Origin: Octopus bimaculoides
Taxonomy: Eukaryota
Direction: 5' to 3'
Assembly (NCBI RefSeq): GCF_001194135.2
Contig: NC_068981.1
Location: 100,347,932 to 100,411,931, forward strand
Length of the DNA stretch: 64,000 nt
How positions within the stretch are numbered: position 1 is the first letter of the stretch; every line of letters begins with the position of its first letter. Below the pieces are notes generated by a model. It searched no databases and was not told where the DNA came from. It saw only the letters and a list, made by a program, of their open reading frames with translations. Positions 1 to 12,090 of this stretch are shown here, piece after piece. A program made the translations under genes and the position numbers.

Positions 1-326
1 TATAAGCTATTTTTGATTGAAGGTTTTCTTCGATTTTTATCACAATATGATTTTAAACTGCAATTGTAATTTCATGCAACTGGTTGATGAAAGGACCAAT
101 GAATCAAAACCATTTTCAAATGTGTATCTATCAAAGTAATTGTATTTCTGCATATAACTCTACCTTGCTCCATTCTAAACAAAATTATTTGACAAATAGG
201 AATGTGAAACTCTGAGTAACAGTTTTTGTGATATTTTTGCTGCCTTTTAATAAAGCATATTACTCTACCTCTGGTATTCAAGTACAATTTTTTCCACCTT
301 GTTTCGCATTTATGTGCTTACTCCAG

Positions 327-342
327 TATATATATAAATATA

Positions 343-411
<69 letters not shown>
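327..411. repeat. (TA)n microsatellite
   Basis: Direct reading. Confidence 0.95.
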
Positions 412-414
<3 letters not shown>

Positions 415-860
415 GCTGCTGTTGTTTTTGTTGTTGCTGCAGTCAACTATATGCCTATATTGCCACAGCCATCAGGCTGAAACACATAAAAAAATAAAAG
501 AATGTGTGTGTGTTTATGCATAATATATATATCTACATAATCTCTAAATACTTCCTTTACCCTTCTGCACATTTTGTGGGTGATAAATCCACTTGGTTCA
601 TATTAAGTGTGAAAATGAGGGAAGCATAGTCTGTAGCTACACAATTCACAATAGTATGGATTTGGCACAGCAACAGCACAAAGTAACAATCTAATACCAC
701 TTCAGTATATATTATTCCTGTAACCAATGTGAAGAAACTCTACACCAGCTAACAATTTAATTTTCCAGTTTACATTCAAAGAGTCGTGTAAATGGCTTGA
801 GTTCCCATTTGATAACGTGATTATTTATGGTGTCCAGTTTTCCTGCTTATAATGGTGAGC

Positions 861-1347
861 AAACATTCTACTGTCCACTTATCACACAATGTTGAAAAGA
901 TAAAGGTTTCTATTGATCTTCTTAGCTTAGGAACATTTACTTGAGCAAGTAAACATCCTGCATGATAATATAGCATTTTAATATTGGAAAGGTAAGTGTC
1001 TTTCAACGTTTGGTTGTGTTTCTTTATTCTTTGTTTAAATCTTGCTGGGTTGATTTGAATCTACCTCTTTTCCAGTCTGTTGGCTTCTAGAATTCCATTT
1101 GCACCTATATTTCCACCACCACCATCCCCGCTTTTTTAAATATTTTCCTGCCATCATCAGTAAGATTTGAATAGAAAATCTAAAGAGATATGACTAAACT
1201 TTGTTAGATAGTAACTTTTCCAATATTAAAATACTAAATTATTACACTGGAAGTTTGCAGGTTCACATGAATGTTCCTAAGCTAAGAAGATTAATAGGAA
1301 TCTTGTATTTTTACAGTATTGTCTGATCAGTGGACAGTTGAATGTTT
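861..1347. repeat. Degenerate inverted repeat (arms ~861-990 and ~1217-1347), foldback/MITE-like
   Basis: The reverse complement of 1217-1347 aligns to 861-990 (shared blocks tcttcttagcttaggaacatt, ctgtccact, ttttaatattggaaa); roughly 75% identity by eye. Confidence 0.8.
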
Positions 1348-1612
1348 TAAGCTCAAGTGGGACTCATAATAGAACAAGTTCCCAAATTTAAGACAAACCT
1401 GCTGGTACATACATGGATATCCAAGACTGCATTCAAAACCTCTAGCCCACAGATGTGCTGCCATCCACCTCACACCACTTTTGCAACTGATATTATACTG
1501 GCTTTCGCTCTTCAGAGTTAGCTGCTGTTGTTTTTGTTGTTGCTGCAGTCAACTATATCAGGAACTGCATTTCCCATGTGTTCTTCCAAAGCAGGGCATG
1601 CTTTGAAAGAAT

Positions 1613-1990
1613 TCATCATCATCATCATCATTATCATCATCATTTAACATCCATTGTCCATGCTGGCATGGGTTGGACGGTTTAACCAGAGCTAGTAAGC
1701 TGGAAGGCTTCACCAGACTCCAGTCTGATTTGACATGGTTTTCTATGGCTGGATGCCCTTCCTAATGCCAACTGCTCTGAAAGTATAATGGGTGCTTTTA
1801 CATGCCACCAGCACAGGTGCCATTTGCGTGACACTGGTATCTGCCACGACTGTGATTTTGCTTGGCTTGATGGGTCTTCTTCTCAAGCACGGCATAATGT
1901 CAAAGGTCTCAGTCACTACCTCTGTGAGGCCCAACACTCGAAAGGAATTCAGATGCATAACACCTTCAGCCAAGCTATCCAACACAGTCT
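1613..1990 (-). mobile_element. RTE LINE 3' end with (GAT)n tail
   Basis: ccatgctggcatgggttggacgg and ggctggatgcccttcctaatgccaac motifs shared with the RTE copy at 7405-8780; (CAT)n on the plus strand at the 3' end. Confidence 0.8.
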
Positions 1991-2239
1991 TCTTTTATTT
2001 TCATTACCAATATCATGTTTCCCACCCAGGCCCTTACATTAGATAGTTTACTAATCCTTTTTCCTCAAAATTTTGACCTCAAGAATTTCCTGTGCAACCA
2101 TATCCCTTCTTTCCCACCCCCACCTCCCTTTCACTGTTATCATCAAGTTACAGTTGTTGAAGATGAATGTTGACCACATTAATATTGCTGGCACAGAGAA
2201 TCATCTGAGAAGTTCACAGGGGCTACCCTTTACTCCTGA

Positions 2240-2480
2240 CTAAACCATTTAATGAAAAAGCAATATATTGTGACTCGGTGGTGTGAATTGATAAACACCT
2301 TGAACACAAATAAATTCTGTGTTAAAATGATCTTTCACAAGGATGATATTAAGTCCCTTAGCCAAGTTTTCGTCATTTACACGATCTTAATGTTCATCGA
2401 TAGATATAGCGTCAATATGATATCAATAGATCTGGTGTCCAACATCTTCATAAACATGAGTAATAATTGAAAAGAACTAC
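2240..2480 (-). mobile_element. Possible decayed Penelope-like RT fragment
   Basis: Minus-strand translation ...LISSL*KIILTQNLFVFK resembles the PLE RT L..N.F.F motif; it contains stops and a frameshift. Confidence 0.3.
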
Positions 2481-3023
2481 ATAAATACAAAGAAAACATA
2501 TTTATATCTAAATTTCAATGCATATAGATTATAATAACATAGCATATTTTCTACTCTAATGTGATGCTAAATATGAAAAGTATTCCTTTTAAACTCAGCC
2601 TTTCAACTTCAGTTATAAGTCATTTGACAATTAATGTCTTCTGGGACAACTCTCCACAATTAAATTACTTTATAATTTATACATTATGCATTTAAAGAGG
2701 GCATTAACATAGAGACAAAGAGAGAGAGAGAGAAGGAGAGAGAGGGAAAGAGAAAAAAAAGAGAGAAAGGAAATAAAACCTTTTTATAGTGCAAATATAT
2801 TTGAATCAATTTTCATTCCAGCAGTTAAATCACTAATCATTTCCTGAAGACATAATATGATTATGATGCATTGGCATATCTCAAGCAACACATGGTTAAA
2901 AGTATGAATATAGCATCTGTATAGTTAAATATTGGTAAATGTCTTATGGCAGAATAGTGTGAGATGTAATAGACAATAAGAGTTTAGTTACTGTTACAGG
3001 TTTTAATGCTTAACCACCTTTGT

Positions 3024-3171
3024 TAAGACAGGCAGGCAGACAGATAGACAGAGAGACAGATAGTTAGACAGATAGACAGACAGACAAACGGACAGAAGTT
3101 AGAGAGACAGATGACAGATAGACAGACAGATAGATAAATAACTAGATAGACAGACAGACAGACATAGATAA
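3024..3171. repeat. (GACA)n/(GATA)n compound microsatellite
   Basis: Direct reading; it abuts the 3' end of the L1/Tx1 element. Confidence 0.9.
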
Positions 3172-4382
3172 ATAACTTTCTTTATTGGCCATACAGGGCT
3201 GAACATGGGACAAATACAATGTAAAGTTTTTTTTCTTTTCAAGGGGGGAAAAAACAAACAAAAAATAAATACAATAGAGACAACAATCAAAAGGGATATA
3301 CAAAAGTCGAAATAATACAAAAAGTTCCCAAAAGTGGGGAGGTTTATCCATGGAAAGAAAAACCTACGAAAAACCACAGTAACCTCTGGCAATAATGTCA
3401 CACAATAACACATTTACAAGTAGGTAACTCTCTTTTTCCCTTTGTTTTTTCTGGTTCATAGGATCATGCTCAAGGTGGTTCTGTCATTCACACGTGCCAT
3501 CCTTGCTACATTCACCCATCTTCTGTTGAAGCATTCGCTAGACAAAACTTCCCTCTCTACTCTCACCTTCCTTTTCGAGTGATACTTGAAGAAGTTGATG
3601 AGAGATTGACCAGAGAGGAAAGTGTTTGTCTCTAGTCCTTTCGGACGTGTCCACCAGACACATTTTTTCGCCATAGCCACAAATATGATGAAAATGGCTC
3701 TTCCTTCCCGTTTGAAGGAAGGAAGCACCACAATATTGATGATAGACTCAGCTGATAGACTGACTCATCCCACATGTGGCAGCAGTCATTCGACATAAGC
3801 TCACAAGTCAGAAATGGTTGGACACTGCACAAGTGCATGCAGAACAGTTTCGTCGCTATGACTGCATCTCAGGCAGGTCAGCCCCATGTTTCTCGAGCCA
3901 TGCCTGTAGAACTTATCTCAAACAGGTAGCGCTTCTCAATAGCACTGCCAGGCCAGGGATCTCTGGAAGTTATCCATAGGTCCCGGCCCAAAAGTCATTT
4001 TGAACAGGCGGGTCAGGTATTCTTCAACACTCCAAGAATGTCATTGTACCTCCCCTCCACTAATCCCCTACAGAATGCTTTGGTTGTGATGCAGTTGCTC
4101 AAGGTCGACCCGGGACAGCATAGATGCTCGAGAGCAATACGACACTCGTGGTGCCATTCACCCTTCCTTGGCCTCTTCTTGATTCACAACTGCAGCTTGG
4201 TCATGGAGATGAGCTGCGGGAAAGCGCACCACTCCTGTCCACTATTGTCTACATAGAGCTGAAGATGTCGCAGTCTCAGTGCATGTCTGTGCATCATCAA
4301 CCACAGCATGCCCAGCCCTCCTTTTAGCAGGTGTTGGCAGCAAACGGATCACCTGACCATCAGAACGCTTCCTTTCCACAAG
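3172..4382 (-). mobile_element. 5'-truncated L1/Tx1-type non-LTR retrotransposon (ORF2 C-terminus plus 3' UTR), decayed
   Basis: Minus translation LWKG...GGLG, the CCHC zinc motif CLRCSHSDETVLHALVQC, C-terminal ECFNRRW, a T-rich 3' UTR and AATAAA at 3186-3181. Confidence 0.85.
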
Positions 4383-4909
4383 TATAACCTTACAATAATA
4401 ACTATGTGATTGCTGTTATTTCTAGGATGCTAAACAAGATAGTTTTTAATGAGCTTTCACTTATACGATTTTTTCATTTCATGTTTACACAAAATAGCTG
4501 TATAACTTTGATATGAGGCACAATTTCCAGGATATTATCAATATCCGGAGTTTGTTAAATGAATATTTTTGATAAAATGAAAATTCTTTAATATACCAGT
4601 ATAATTTTTTTTTTTTAATGAAGAAGTGATTTTGTTGCTATGACTACTTAGAACACTATAAGCCTTACAATAATAACTATAGTTTTTAACGAGCTTTAAT
4701 TTATATATAATAAGCAACTGAAAAAGAAAATTTAGCAGCAAAGGCTCAACAGCAGAGAGAAAGATGGGCAACTGAATCAGATAAAACCAGGGCAAAGTGA
4801 CTGAAACAGATGCCTGAATATGCATGGAGACATAGACATGATTCTGTTTCCGCTGGTTAAGGTATCTCAAGAAGAGAATATTCTACTTCAAAATAATGGT
4901 GTCAGATCA

Positions 4910-5342
4910 NNNNNNNNNNNNNNNNNNNNNNNNNNNNNNNNNNNNNNNNNNNNNNNNNNNNNNNNNNNNNNNNNNNNNNNNNNNNNNNNNNNNNNNNNNN
5001 NNNNNNNNNNNNNNNNNNNNNNNNNNNNNNNNNNNNNNNNNNNNNNNNNNNNNNNNNNNNNNNNNNNNNNNNNNNNNNNNNNNNNNNNNNNNNNNNNNNN
5101 NNNNNNNNNNNNNNNNNNNNNNNNNNNNNNNNNNNNNNNNNNNNNNNNNNNNNNNNNNNNNNNNNNNNNNNNNNNNNNNNNNNNNNNNNNNNNNNNNNNN
5201 NNNNNNNNNNNNNNNNNNNNNNNNNNNNNNNNNNNNNNNNNNNNNNNNNNNNNNNNNNNNNNNNNNNNNNNNNNNNNNNNNNNNNNNNNNNNNNNNNNNN
5301 NNNNNNNNNNNNNNNNNNNNNNNNNNNNNNNNNNNNNNNNNN
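4910..5342. other. Assembly gap (N run); other gaps at 12582-12591, 13571-13580, 15525-15872 and 32363-32568
   Basis: N bases. Confidence 1.
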
Positions 5343-5690
5343 ACAACTGATGCTGGTGTGTTTACATCCCCGTCACCTAGCAGTTCGGCAAACAAGACCG
5401 ATAGAATAAGTACTAGGCTTACAAAGAATAAGTCCTGGGGTCGATTTGCTCAACTAAAGGTGGTGCTCCAGCATGGCCACAGTCAAAGGACTGAAACAAG
5501 TAAAAGAGTAAAAGAGTATATAGGTGCAGGAGTGACAGTGTGGTAAGAAGCTTGCTTCCCAACCACATGGTTCCAGGTTCAGTCCCACTGCTTGGCGCCT
5601 TGGGCAAATGTCTTCTACTATGGCCTCAGGTCAACTAAAGCCTTATGAGTGGATTTGGTAGATGGAAACTGAAAGAAGCTTGTTGCACAT
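5343..5690 (+). mobile_element. SINE family A: 3' half of one copy followed by the tRNA-like head of another
   Basis: Matches the near-complete copy at 53699-54097 (tail ...gaaacaagtaaaagagtaaaagagta; head gcaggagtg...ggttcagtcccactg). Confidence 0.85.
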
Positions 5691-5704
5691 ATATTTCTTT
5701 TATT

Positions 5705-6060
5705 TGATTCAGTCATTTGACTACAGACATGCTGGAGCACTGCTTTTTAGTCAAACAAATTGACCCCAGGACTTATTCTTTGTAAGCCTAGTACTTACAC
5801 TATGGGTCTCTATTGCTGAAACACTAAGTTACAGAGACATAAACACACCAATATCGGTTATCAAGCTATGGTGATGGGGACAAACATAGACACACAAACG
5901 TATATACATATATACAACGGGTTTCTTTCAGTTTCTTTCTACCAAATCCACTCACAAGGCTACAGCAGATGGCACTTCCCAAGGTACCACGTAGTGGGAC
6001 TGAACCTGGAACCATGTGGTTGGGAAGCAAGCTTCTTACCACACTGTCACTCCTGCACCT
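5705..6060 (-). mobile_element. SINE family A, near-complete copy
   Basis: Reverse complement of the head, microsatellite and tail arrangement seen at 53699-54097. Confidence 0.85.
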
Positions 6061-6089
6061 ATATACTCTTTTACTTATTACCACACAAC

Positions 6090-6092
<3 letters not shown>

Positions 6093-6142
<50 letters not shown>

Positions 6143-6320
6143 GCGTGTGTGTCTGTGTTTGTCCTCCCACCACTTGGCAACTGATGTTGGTGTGCTTACT
6201 TCCCTGTAACTTAGCCGTTATGCAAAAGAGACCAATGGAATAAGTACTAGGCTTACAAAGAACAAGTCCTGTGGATGATTTGTTTGACTAAAGGCAGTGC
6301 TCCAGCATGGCTGCAGTCAA
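6093..6320 (+). mobile_element. (GT)n followed by the SINE family A 3' half
   Basis: Same tail motif: ataagtactaggcttacaaagaacaagtcctg. Confidence 0.8.
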
Positions 6321-7058
6321 GTTCTTTTATAGAGCTAAGAAAAACTGAAGGACTGCTGCAATAAGTGTGTGAATCTGAGAGGGGAATATGTTGAATAAAA
6401 CCAAAATTAACTGATCCTCCTGTATTTTCTTTTACATGAAACTAGGAACTTTTCAGCACCCTCTTGTATGAGGGTTGGCAACAGGAAGAACATCTGGCCA
6501 CATAAAAGCTGCTTCAAAAATTTCATCTGGCCCATGAAAGCCTGGAAGAATAGTCATAAATATGATGATAATGAAGCTAACGATGAAGATGATGATGATA
6601 TATGTATGTATGTATGTATGTATGTGTGTATGTATCTATGTATGCCTAACACCTACAGAGTGTAAAACATTGACCATAGAGAGAGAGAGAGAGAAAGTAG
6701 TGATGTTATAATTGTATCAAGTGAAATATGTGGCATTATGTTAAGAGAAATTAGTAGCTGAGTTTGACAGATCTATCTGAGCATATAAAGACTTTGAAGT
6801 CTATGAAATTGGAAAATTTCTTTGTACCAAATCCAAGGATTCTGTTTTTTATTCCTGATTCCAGTTTTGGTTGCTGGTGCATTTTTCTTCTTTTACTTCT
6901 TTGTCTCTTATGGCTTAATATTCAAATTTATTCAAGGAATATTTACTTAGACTGAAAATGAATAATTTGATATCTGCTTTGCAATCCTTTTGATGGATTA
7001 GAATGGCAAATAAAGAGATTTATAAAGAAACATAATCAGATTGCAACATATTATGTAC

Positions 7059-7092
<34 letters not shown>

Positions 7093-7344
7093 CATACATA
7101 CATACATACATACATACATACACACATGCATACATACATATATATGAACGGGGATTATATATATTCAATTACACACACGCACATATATATCTCTGTGTGT
7201 GTGTGTGTGTGTGTATACATATATGTGTGTGTGTGTGTGTTTGTGTGTGTTAAAAATGGGGAATGTGCTTCTTTCGGATTTGTTTTTTAAAAATGATATA
7301 TATCAGTGATAGATATATACACATCAGTGATAGATATATATATC

Positions 7345-7385
<41 letters not shown>

Positions 7386-7404
7386 ACAGATGGATATGTA
7401 TAAG

Positions 7405-8780
7405 TATCATCATCATCATCATCATTGTTTAACGTCCACTTTCCATGCTGGCATGGGTTGGACGGTTTGATTGAGGACTGGCAAGCTAGGAAGCTGCACC
7501 AGGCTCCAATCTGAACTGGCAAGGTTTCTACAGCTGGATGCCCTTCCTAATGCCAACCACTCTGAGAGTGTAGTGGGTGCTTTTTACGTGCTATTGGAGC
7601 CAGTCCAGTATGATTGGCCTTGACCATGCTTGAATGGTGCTTTTTACATTCCACCAGCATGAGTACCAGTCAGGTGGTACTGGCATCGGCCATGACAATG
7701 ATTTCACTTGACTCAACAGGTCTTCTCAAGCAGAGCATATTGCTCAATGATTGAAGTGTACTCTTAAATGGGCCGGTTATGTGATACTGGCATAGGCCAT
7801 GGCAACAGTTTCACTTGGCTTGCCAGGTTTTCTCAGCATATTTCCAAAGGTCTTGGTTGCTTGTCACTGCTTCCATGAAGCCCAACATTTGAAGATCGTG
7901 CTTCACCACCTCACCTCAGGTCTTCCTGGGTCTACCTCTTCCACAGGTTCCCTCTGCTGTTTAATGCCCCTGTGACACTTTTTCACACAACTGTCCTCAT
8001 CCATACACATCACATGACCATATCAGCCCAGTCATCTCTCTTACACACCACATTTGATACTTCTTATGTCCAACTTTTCTCTCAGGGCACATACACTCCA
8101 TCATGTATGCACACTGACATTACACATCCAGCAGAGCATACTGGCTTCATTTCTTGCAAGGTTATGCATGTCCTCAGCAGTCACAGCCCATGCTTCACTG
8201 ATGTGTAGCATGGCTGTTTTCACACATGCATCATACAGTCTACCTTTCACTCTGAGTGTGAGGCCCTTTGTTACCAGCAGAGGTAGGAGCTCTCTGAACT
8301 TTGCCCAGGCTATTCTTATTCTAGCAGTTATACTCTCAGAGCATCCACCCCTGTTACTGACTTGGTCACTTAGGTAATGGAAGCTATCAACTACTTCTAG
8401 CTTTTTCCCCTGGCATGTGGCAGAAGATATTTTCTGCACATTTTCATTGTTTATTGCCCCTGTACTTCTGCCGCACACAAAAACTATATTGCTAGTTAGC
8501 CTGCCTTTGGTATTGTTGCACCTCTTACGTGTCCATAGCTTACAGGTACATCTTATGGAGTTTCTATCTACACTTTTTCTATAGATCGAGCAGGGCCATC
8601 TACCTGAAGGGATTTGTAATTTGTCTGCTTTCCTACTTATTATTCTTTGGTTTTGGCTAGATTGACTCTAAGGCCCTTCGATTCTACTCCTTGCTTCCAC
8701 GCCTGAAACCTCTCCTCTAATTCTGGTAGTGACACAGCTATTAGAGCAAGGTAATCAGTACAGAATATTAGACATGAGTG
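7405..8780 (-). mobile_element. RTE LINE, 5'-truncated and decayed (RT C-terminal half plus 3' UTR)
   Basis: ORF pieces ...LPELEERFQAWKQGVESKGLRVNLAKTK and LEVVDSFHYL...TARIRIAWAKFRELLPLLVTKGLTLRVKGRLYDACV; (GAT)n tail. Confidence 0.9.
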
Positions 8781-9536
8781 ACTGTTTGTATGACAGTGGC
8801 ACTCATTTATGGCTATCATGCAATGTCTTGACAAAGATAGACTCACACACACATACACACATGCATGCACACGTGCATGCGTGTGTGTAAAATGAGCTTC
8901 TTTCAGTGTCTGACTACCCACTCCACTCACAAGGTTCTAGTCACCCCAGTGTTGTAATAGAAGACGTTTTCCCAAGTTGCCACTCAATAGGACTGACCTA
9001 AAACCACGTGGTCAGGAAGGTAATTCCTTAACCACACAGACATATGAGTATCAAAAATTTCAAAGCTTCTGACAAGTGATTGTAGAGATTTTAAAATTAC
9101 TATGGAATGTATAATAAAATTATCTATAATGAAGCAGGCAGGCAGCACATCAAGTTAGGAAGTCAAACCATTTAGGAAGAGGTTAAATGATTTATTTATG
9201 TAAGAAGGACACTTAATTTCCCAGGTATGTAACAATATTCATAAGGATTACTTAAGAATGAAGCATCAACACCTTGTCATAAATTAAATAAAGAATGTCT
9301 TTTGATGTTGTTTTGCATGATTTGCATGAATGCAGATGAAATGCCCTTTTCAGAGTTGACAATACATGGAAAAATCACTTTTACTCTCTGGGGGTAAAAT
9401 ACAATTTGCAGGATGCAAGATAGACTTCAAAGGGTCAGCAAAACAGATATGTCTGTTAGCCATGCAAGTCAACATCAGTGCATGGCAAAAAGACACAGGA
9501 AATTCTGTATGTAAAATGTAAACAGACTAAATATTA

Positions 9537-9750
9537 GTTTCAAATTTTGGTATAAGGCCAGCAATTCCAGGGGAGTGGGTAAGTCAATTATATTGCCCCC
9601 AGTGCTCAACTTGTACTTATTTTATCGACCCCAAAAGGATGAATGGCAAAGTCACCCATGACAAAATTTGAACTCAGAATGTAAAGATGGACGAAATACT
9701 ACTAAGCATTTGCCTGGCATGCTAACGATTCTTCCAACTCATTGCCTTAA
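9537..9750 (-). mobile_element. SINE family C (tRNA-like head, central cttttcatcctttyggggtcgataa motif)
   Basis: Recurs at 21805-21995, 33695-33890, 34725-35355, 36955-37140 and 46220-46360. Confidence 0.75.
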
Positions 9751-10429
9751 ACAGAATAAATATTGAATGAAGTTCTTGATGGTGACAACAAAGATGCTAA
9801 GTATGATGAAGACTAATCATTTTCCCAAGAAACCTAAGCATTCTATTATGCAAGAATCCCTTGATAGCAACATTTTGTACATGACTTTCCAACAGAAATT
9901 GCTATTCAGCAATATTAATATCTCAAAAGTTTAACAGAACTGATAATATCAAAGCAGTATTGGAAAAGTAAATGATTGAAACTTAACTCTTTCTTCAAAC
10001 CAATTCATCCCAAACCTGTATTAGATGTTAAATTTGCTCGTGATGTTGATAATCCACCAACTGTTAAACCAGTTCCTCCTTTGTCTCCTCAGAACTTCCA
10101 TCTGGGAACAAGGGTCAGCTCTAGAAACACATAACAAGTTATCACTTCTACCACATAAAGATCATCTGTTTTCTATCACAGGTAAATGAAATTAATAATC
10201 TTTGGTACTACCTTTTATTTCAATTTTTACGTAGTTTTTTCACATAATGCAATATTAAATAATTTTACAAAATATATGTAGGAACACAACAAGTATGGTT
10301 ATGTGTTAAGAAGTTTGCTTTTGGTTCAGTCCCATTGTTCAGCACTTTAGGCAAATGTCTTCTATAGCCACGAGCTGACCAAAACCTTGTGTAAATACTT
10401 GGAGGAATTTGAAAGAAATTCTTTGTGTC

Positions 10430-10481
<52 letters not shown>

Positions 10482-10485
<4 letters not shown>

Positions 10486-10578
10486 TGTGCACATGTGTGT
10501 GAGAGAGAGAGTGTGCACATGTGTGTGAGAGAGAGAGTGTGCACATGTGTGTGAGAGAGAGAGTGTGCACATGTGTGT
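10482..10578. repeat. ~24-bp minisatellite (gagagagagagtgtgcacatgtgtgt) x4, next to (GA)n
   Basis: Direct reading. Confidence 0.9.
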
Positions 10579-10816
10579 GTTAACGCACATGACATATTTA
10601 TGGAGAGGGGGTGCATGCAAAGCATAAACACTATCAAGGAGAATGGAGCAAGCAACTTGTTTTATTACATAATTTTACAATTGTTTCAGCAATGCGTTGT
10701 CTAAATGAATATAATAATATTGCTGGAATAGTTCTATATTTAAGAGATGAGGAATTATGTACATTATTTACATTATTTACATTTGACGGATATTTGTCCT
10801 CATCTTGTTTGTTGTT

Positions 10817-10862
10817 AACACAAAGTCTTGGCTGATATGCCCTCCAGCCTTCATCAGGTGTC
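10817..10862 (-). ncRNA. Degenerate minimal type-I hammerhead ribozyme
   Basis: GACAC-CTGATGA-A-GGCTG(loop)CAGCC-AAGA-CT-TT-GTGTT: stems I and II pair, but the GAAA core reads AAGA. Confidence 0.65.
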
Positions 10863-10909
10863 TTGGGGAAATTTCGAACCTTGGTTCTCATTCCTAAGGT
10901 ATTTTTCGA

Positions 10910-10949
<40 letters not shown>

Positions 10950-11036
10950 TTCACTGCCTGGAATCGAACTTGGAATCTTGGGGTTAGTAGCCCGCGCTCT
11001 TAACCCCAAGATTCCGAGTTTGATTCCAGGCGGTGA

Positions 11037-11098
<62 letters not shown>

Positions 11099-11145
11099 TC
11101 GAAAAATACCTTAGGAATGAGAACCCAGGTTCGAAATTTCCCCAA

Positions 11146-11188
11146 GACATCTGATGAAGGCTGGAGGGTATATCAGCTGAAATGTGTT
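11146..11188 (+). ncRNA. Degenerate minimal type-I hammerhead ribozyme
   Basis: GACAT-CTGATGA-A-GGCTG(loop)CAGCT-GAAA-T-GTGTT: CUGAUGA and GAAA are intact, with ~3 nt missing at stem III and the cleavage triplet. Confidence 0.65.
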
Positions 11189-11460
11189 AACAACTGGAAT
11201 ATTATTATCATGAAATTATACATGAAATCAGTATTATTCCAGTAATACTGGAAAATATCAATTCTTCAGATCTATGTATAAATCATAATGCAGATGATAG
11301 TATCTGATAGTCAATACCCATGGACAGGCTTTATAAAGTAAATTCCAACATTATAACTGAAATGTAATTAATATATGTATCTTTTTATATATAAATACAT
11401 ACATATTGTAGACATGTCTGCAATATTAAGCCCTACCAGCAGTTCACTCAGACAATCAGC

Positions 11461-11535
11461 TAAACCAGACTAGCTTACCATATCAGATAAACCAGACTAG
11501 CTTACCATATCAAATAAACCAAACTAGCTTACCAG
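11461..11535. repeat. 27-bp tandem repeat x~3 (taaaccagactagcttaccatatcaga)
   Basis: Direct reading. Confidence 0.9.
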
Positions 11536-11753
11536 TCATGTTAAATGTTACTAATAATATGATTTAACATGAATGGTAAGAAGTTTGCTTTCCTGTTACA
11601 CAGTTTAGTCCCACTGTGTGGCACCTTGGGCAAGTGTCTTCCACTATATTCGTGATCAACCAAAGCCTCAGATTTAATAGACGGAAACTGAAAGAAGTCT
11701 GTCATGTGTGTGTGTGCGTGTGTGTGTGTGTGTGCGTGCGTGTGCGTGTGCGT

Positions 11754-11785
<32 letters not shown>

Positions 11786-12090
11786 AAATTTGTGTTTGTA
11801 TATACACATTTTGTTTTGGGTCATGAGTGACACCTTTAGATTATAGGATGTTTCTAATGGGTGACACCATAGATTATAGGTGTTTCTGCATTGATTTACT
11901 TCATAAACTACAAAAACTAACACTTGAGCATCCTTCACCCAGTATGAAGTTATAATTATGAAAACAGCAGGCAAATTGTTGGCTGATGTGCAAATGCCTG
12001 GTTTAACTAGAATTAAATAATTAATGTCACACAAAGCAGCTTTGGATTAGAAAGTATCATGTAAAGTCATGTTCAATGAACTTGATAGCA

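Larger units (their letters stand above)
10729..11194. mobile_element. Head-to-head foldback of a tRNA-derived SINE with an (AAT)n linker and a hammerhead-bearing 3' part
   Basis: Arms 10811-10986 and 11001-11194 are reverse complements (~95% apart from AAT length) around a 14-nt loop; B-box-like gagttcgattcc; CTGATGA motif in each arm. Confidence 0.85.

Noticed and set aside
228-497. ORFs with YIYI, CVCV, HTHT, SLSL or poly-N/L/H/P runs throughout the window (e.g. 10828-11154, 29793-30018)
   Set aside because: They are translations of microsatellites, not genes.
4820-5546. Long ORFs of 150-216 aa in the track (also 15450-15974 and 32275-32609)
   Set aside because: They are runs of X across assembly gaps.
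10482-11535. Regular short repeats that might mimic a CRISPR array
   Set aside because: They are head-to-tail minisatellites without unique spacers, in eukaryotic DNA with no cas genes.
11890-12007. Minus-strand open stretch VKPGICTSANN...WVKDAQVLVFVVYE with a plausible acceptor
   Set aside because: The donor is ambiguous and the small-GTPase-like resemblance is too weak to support.
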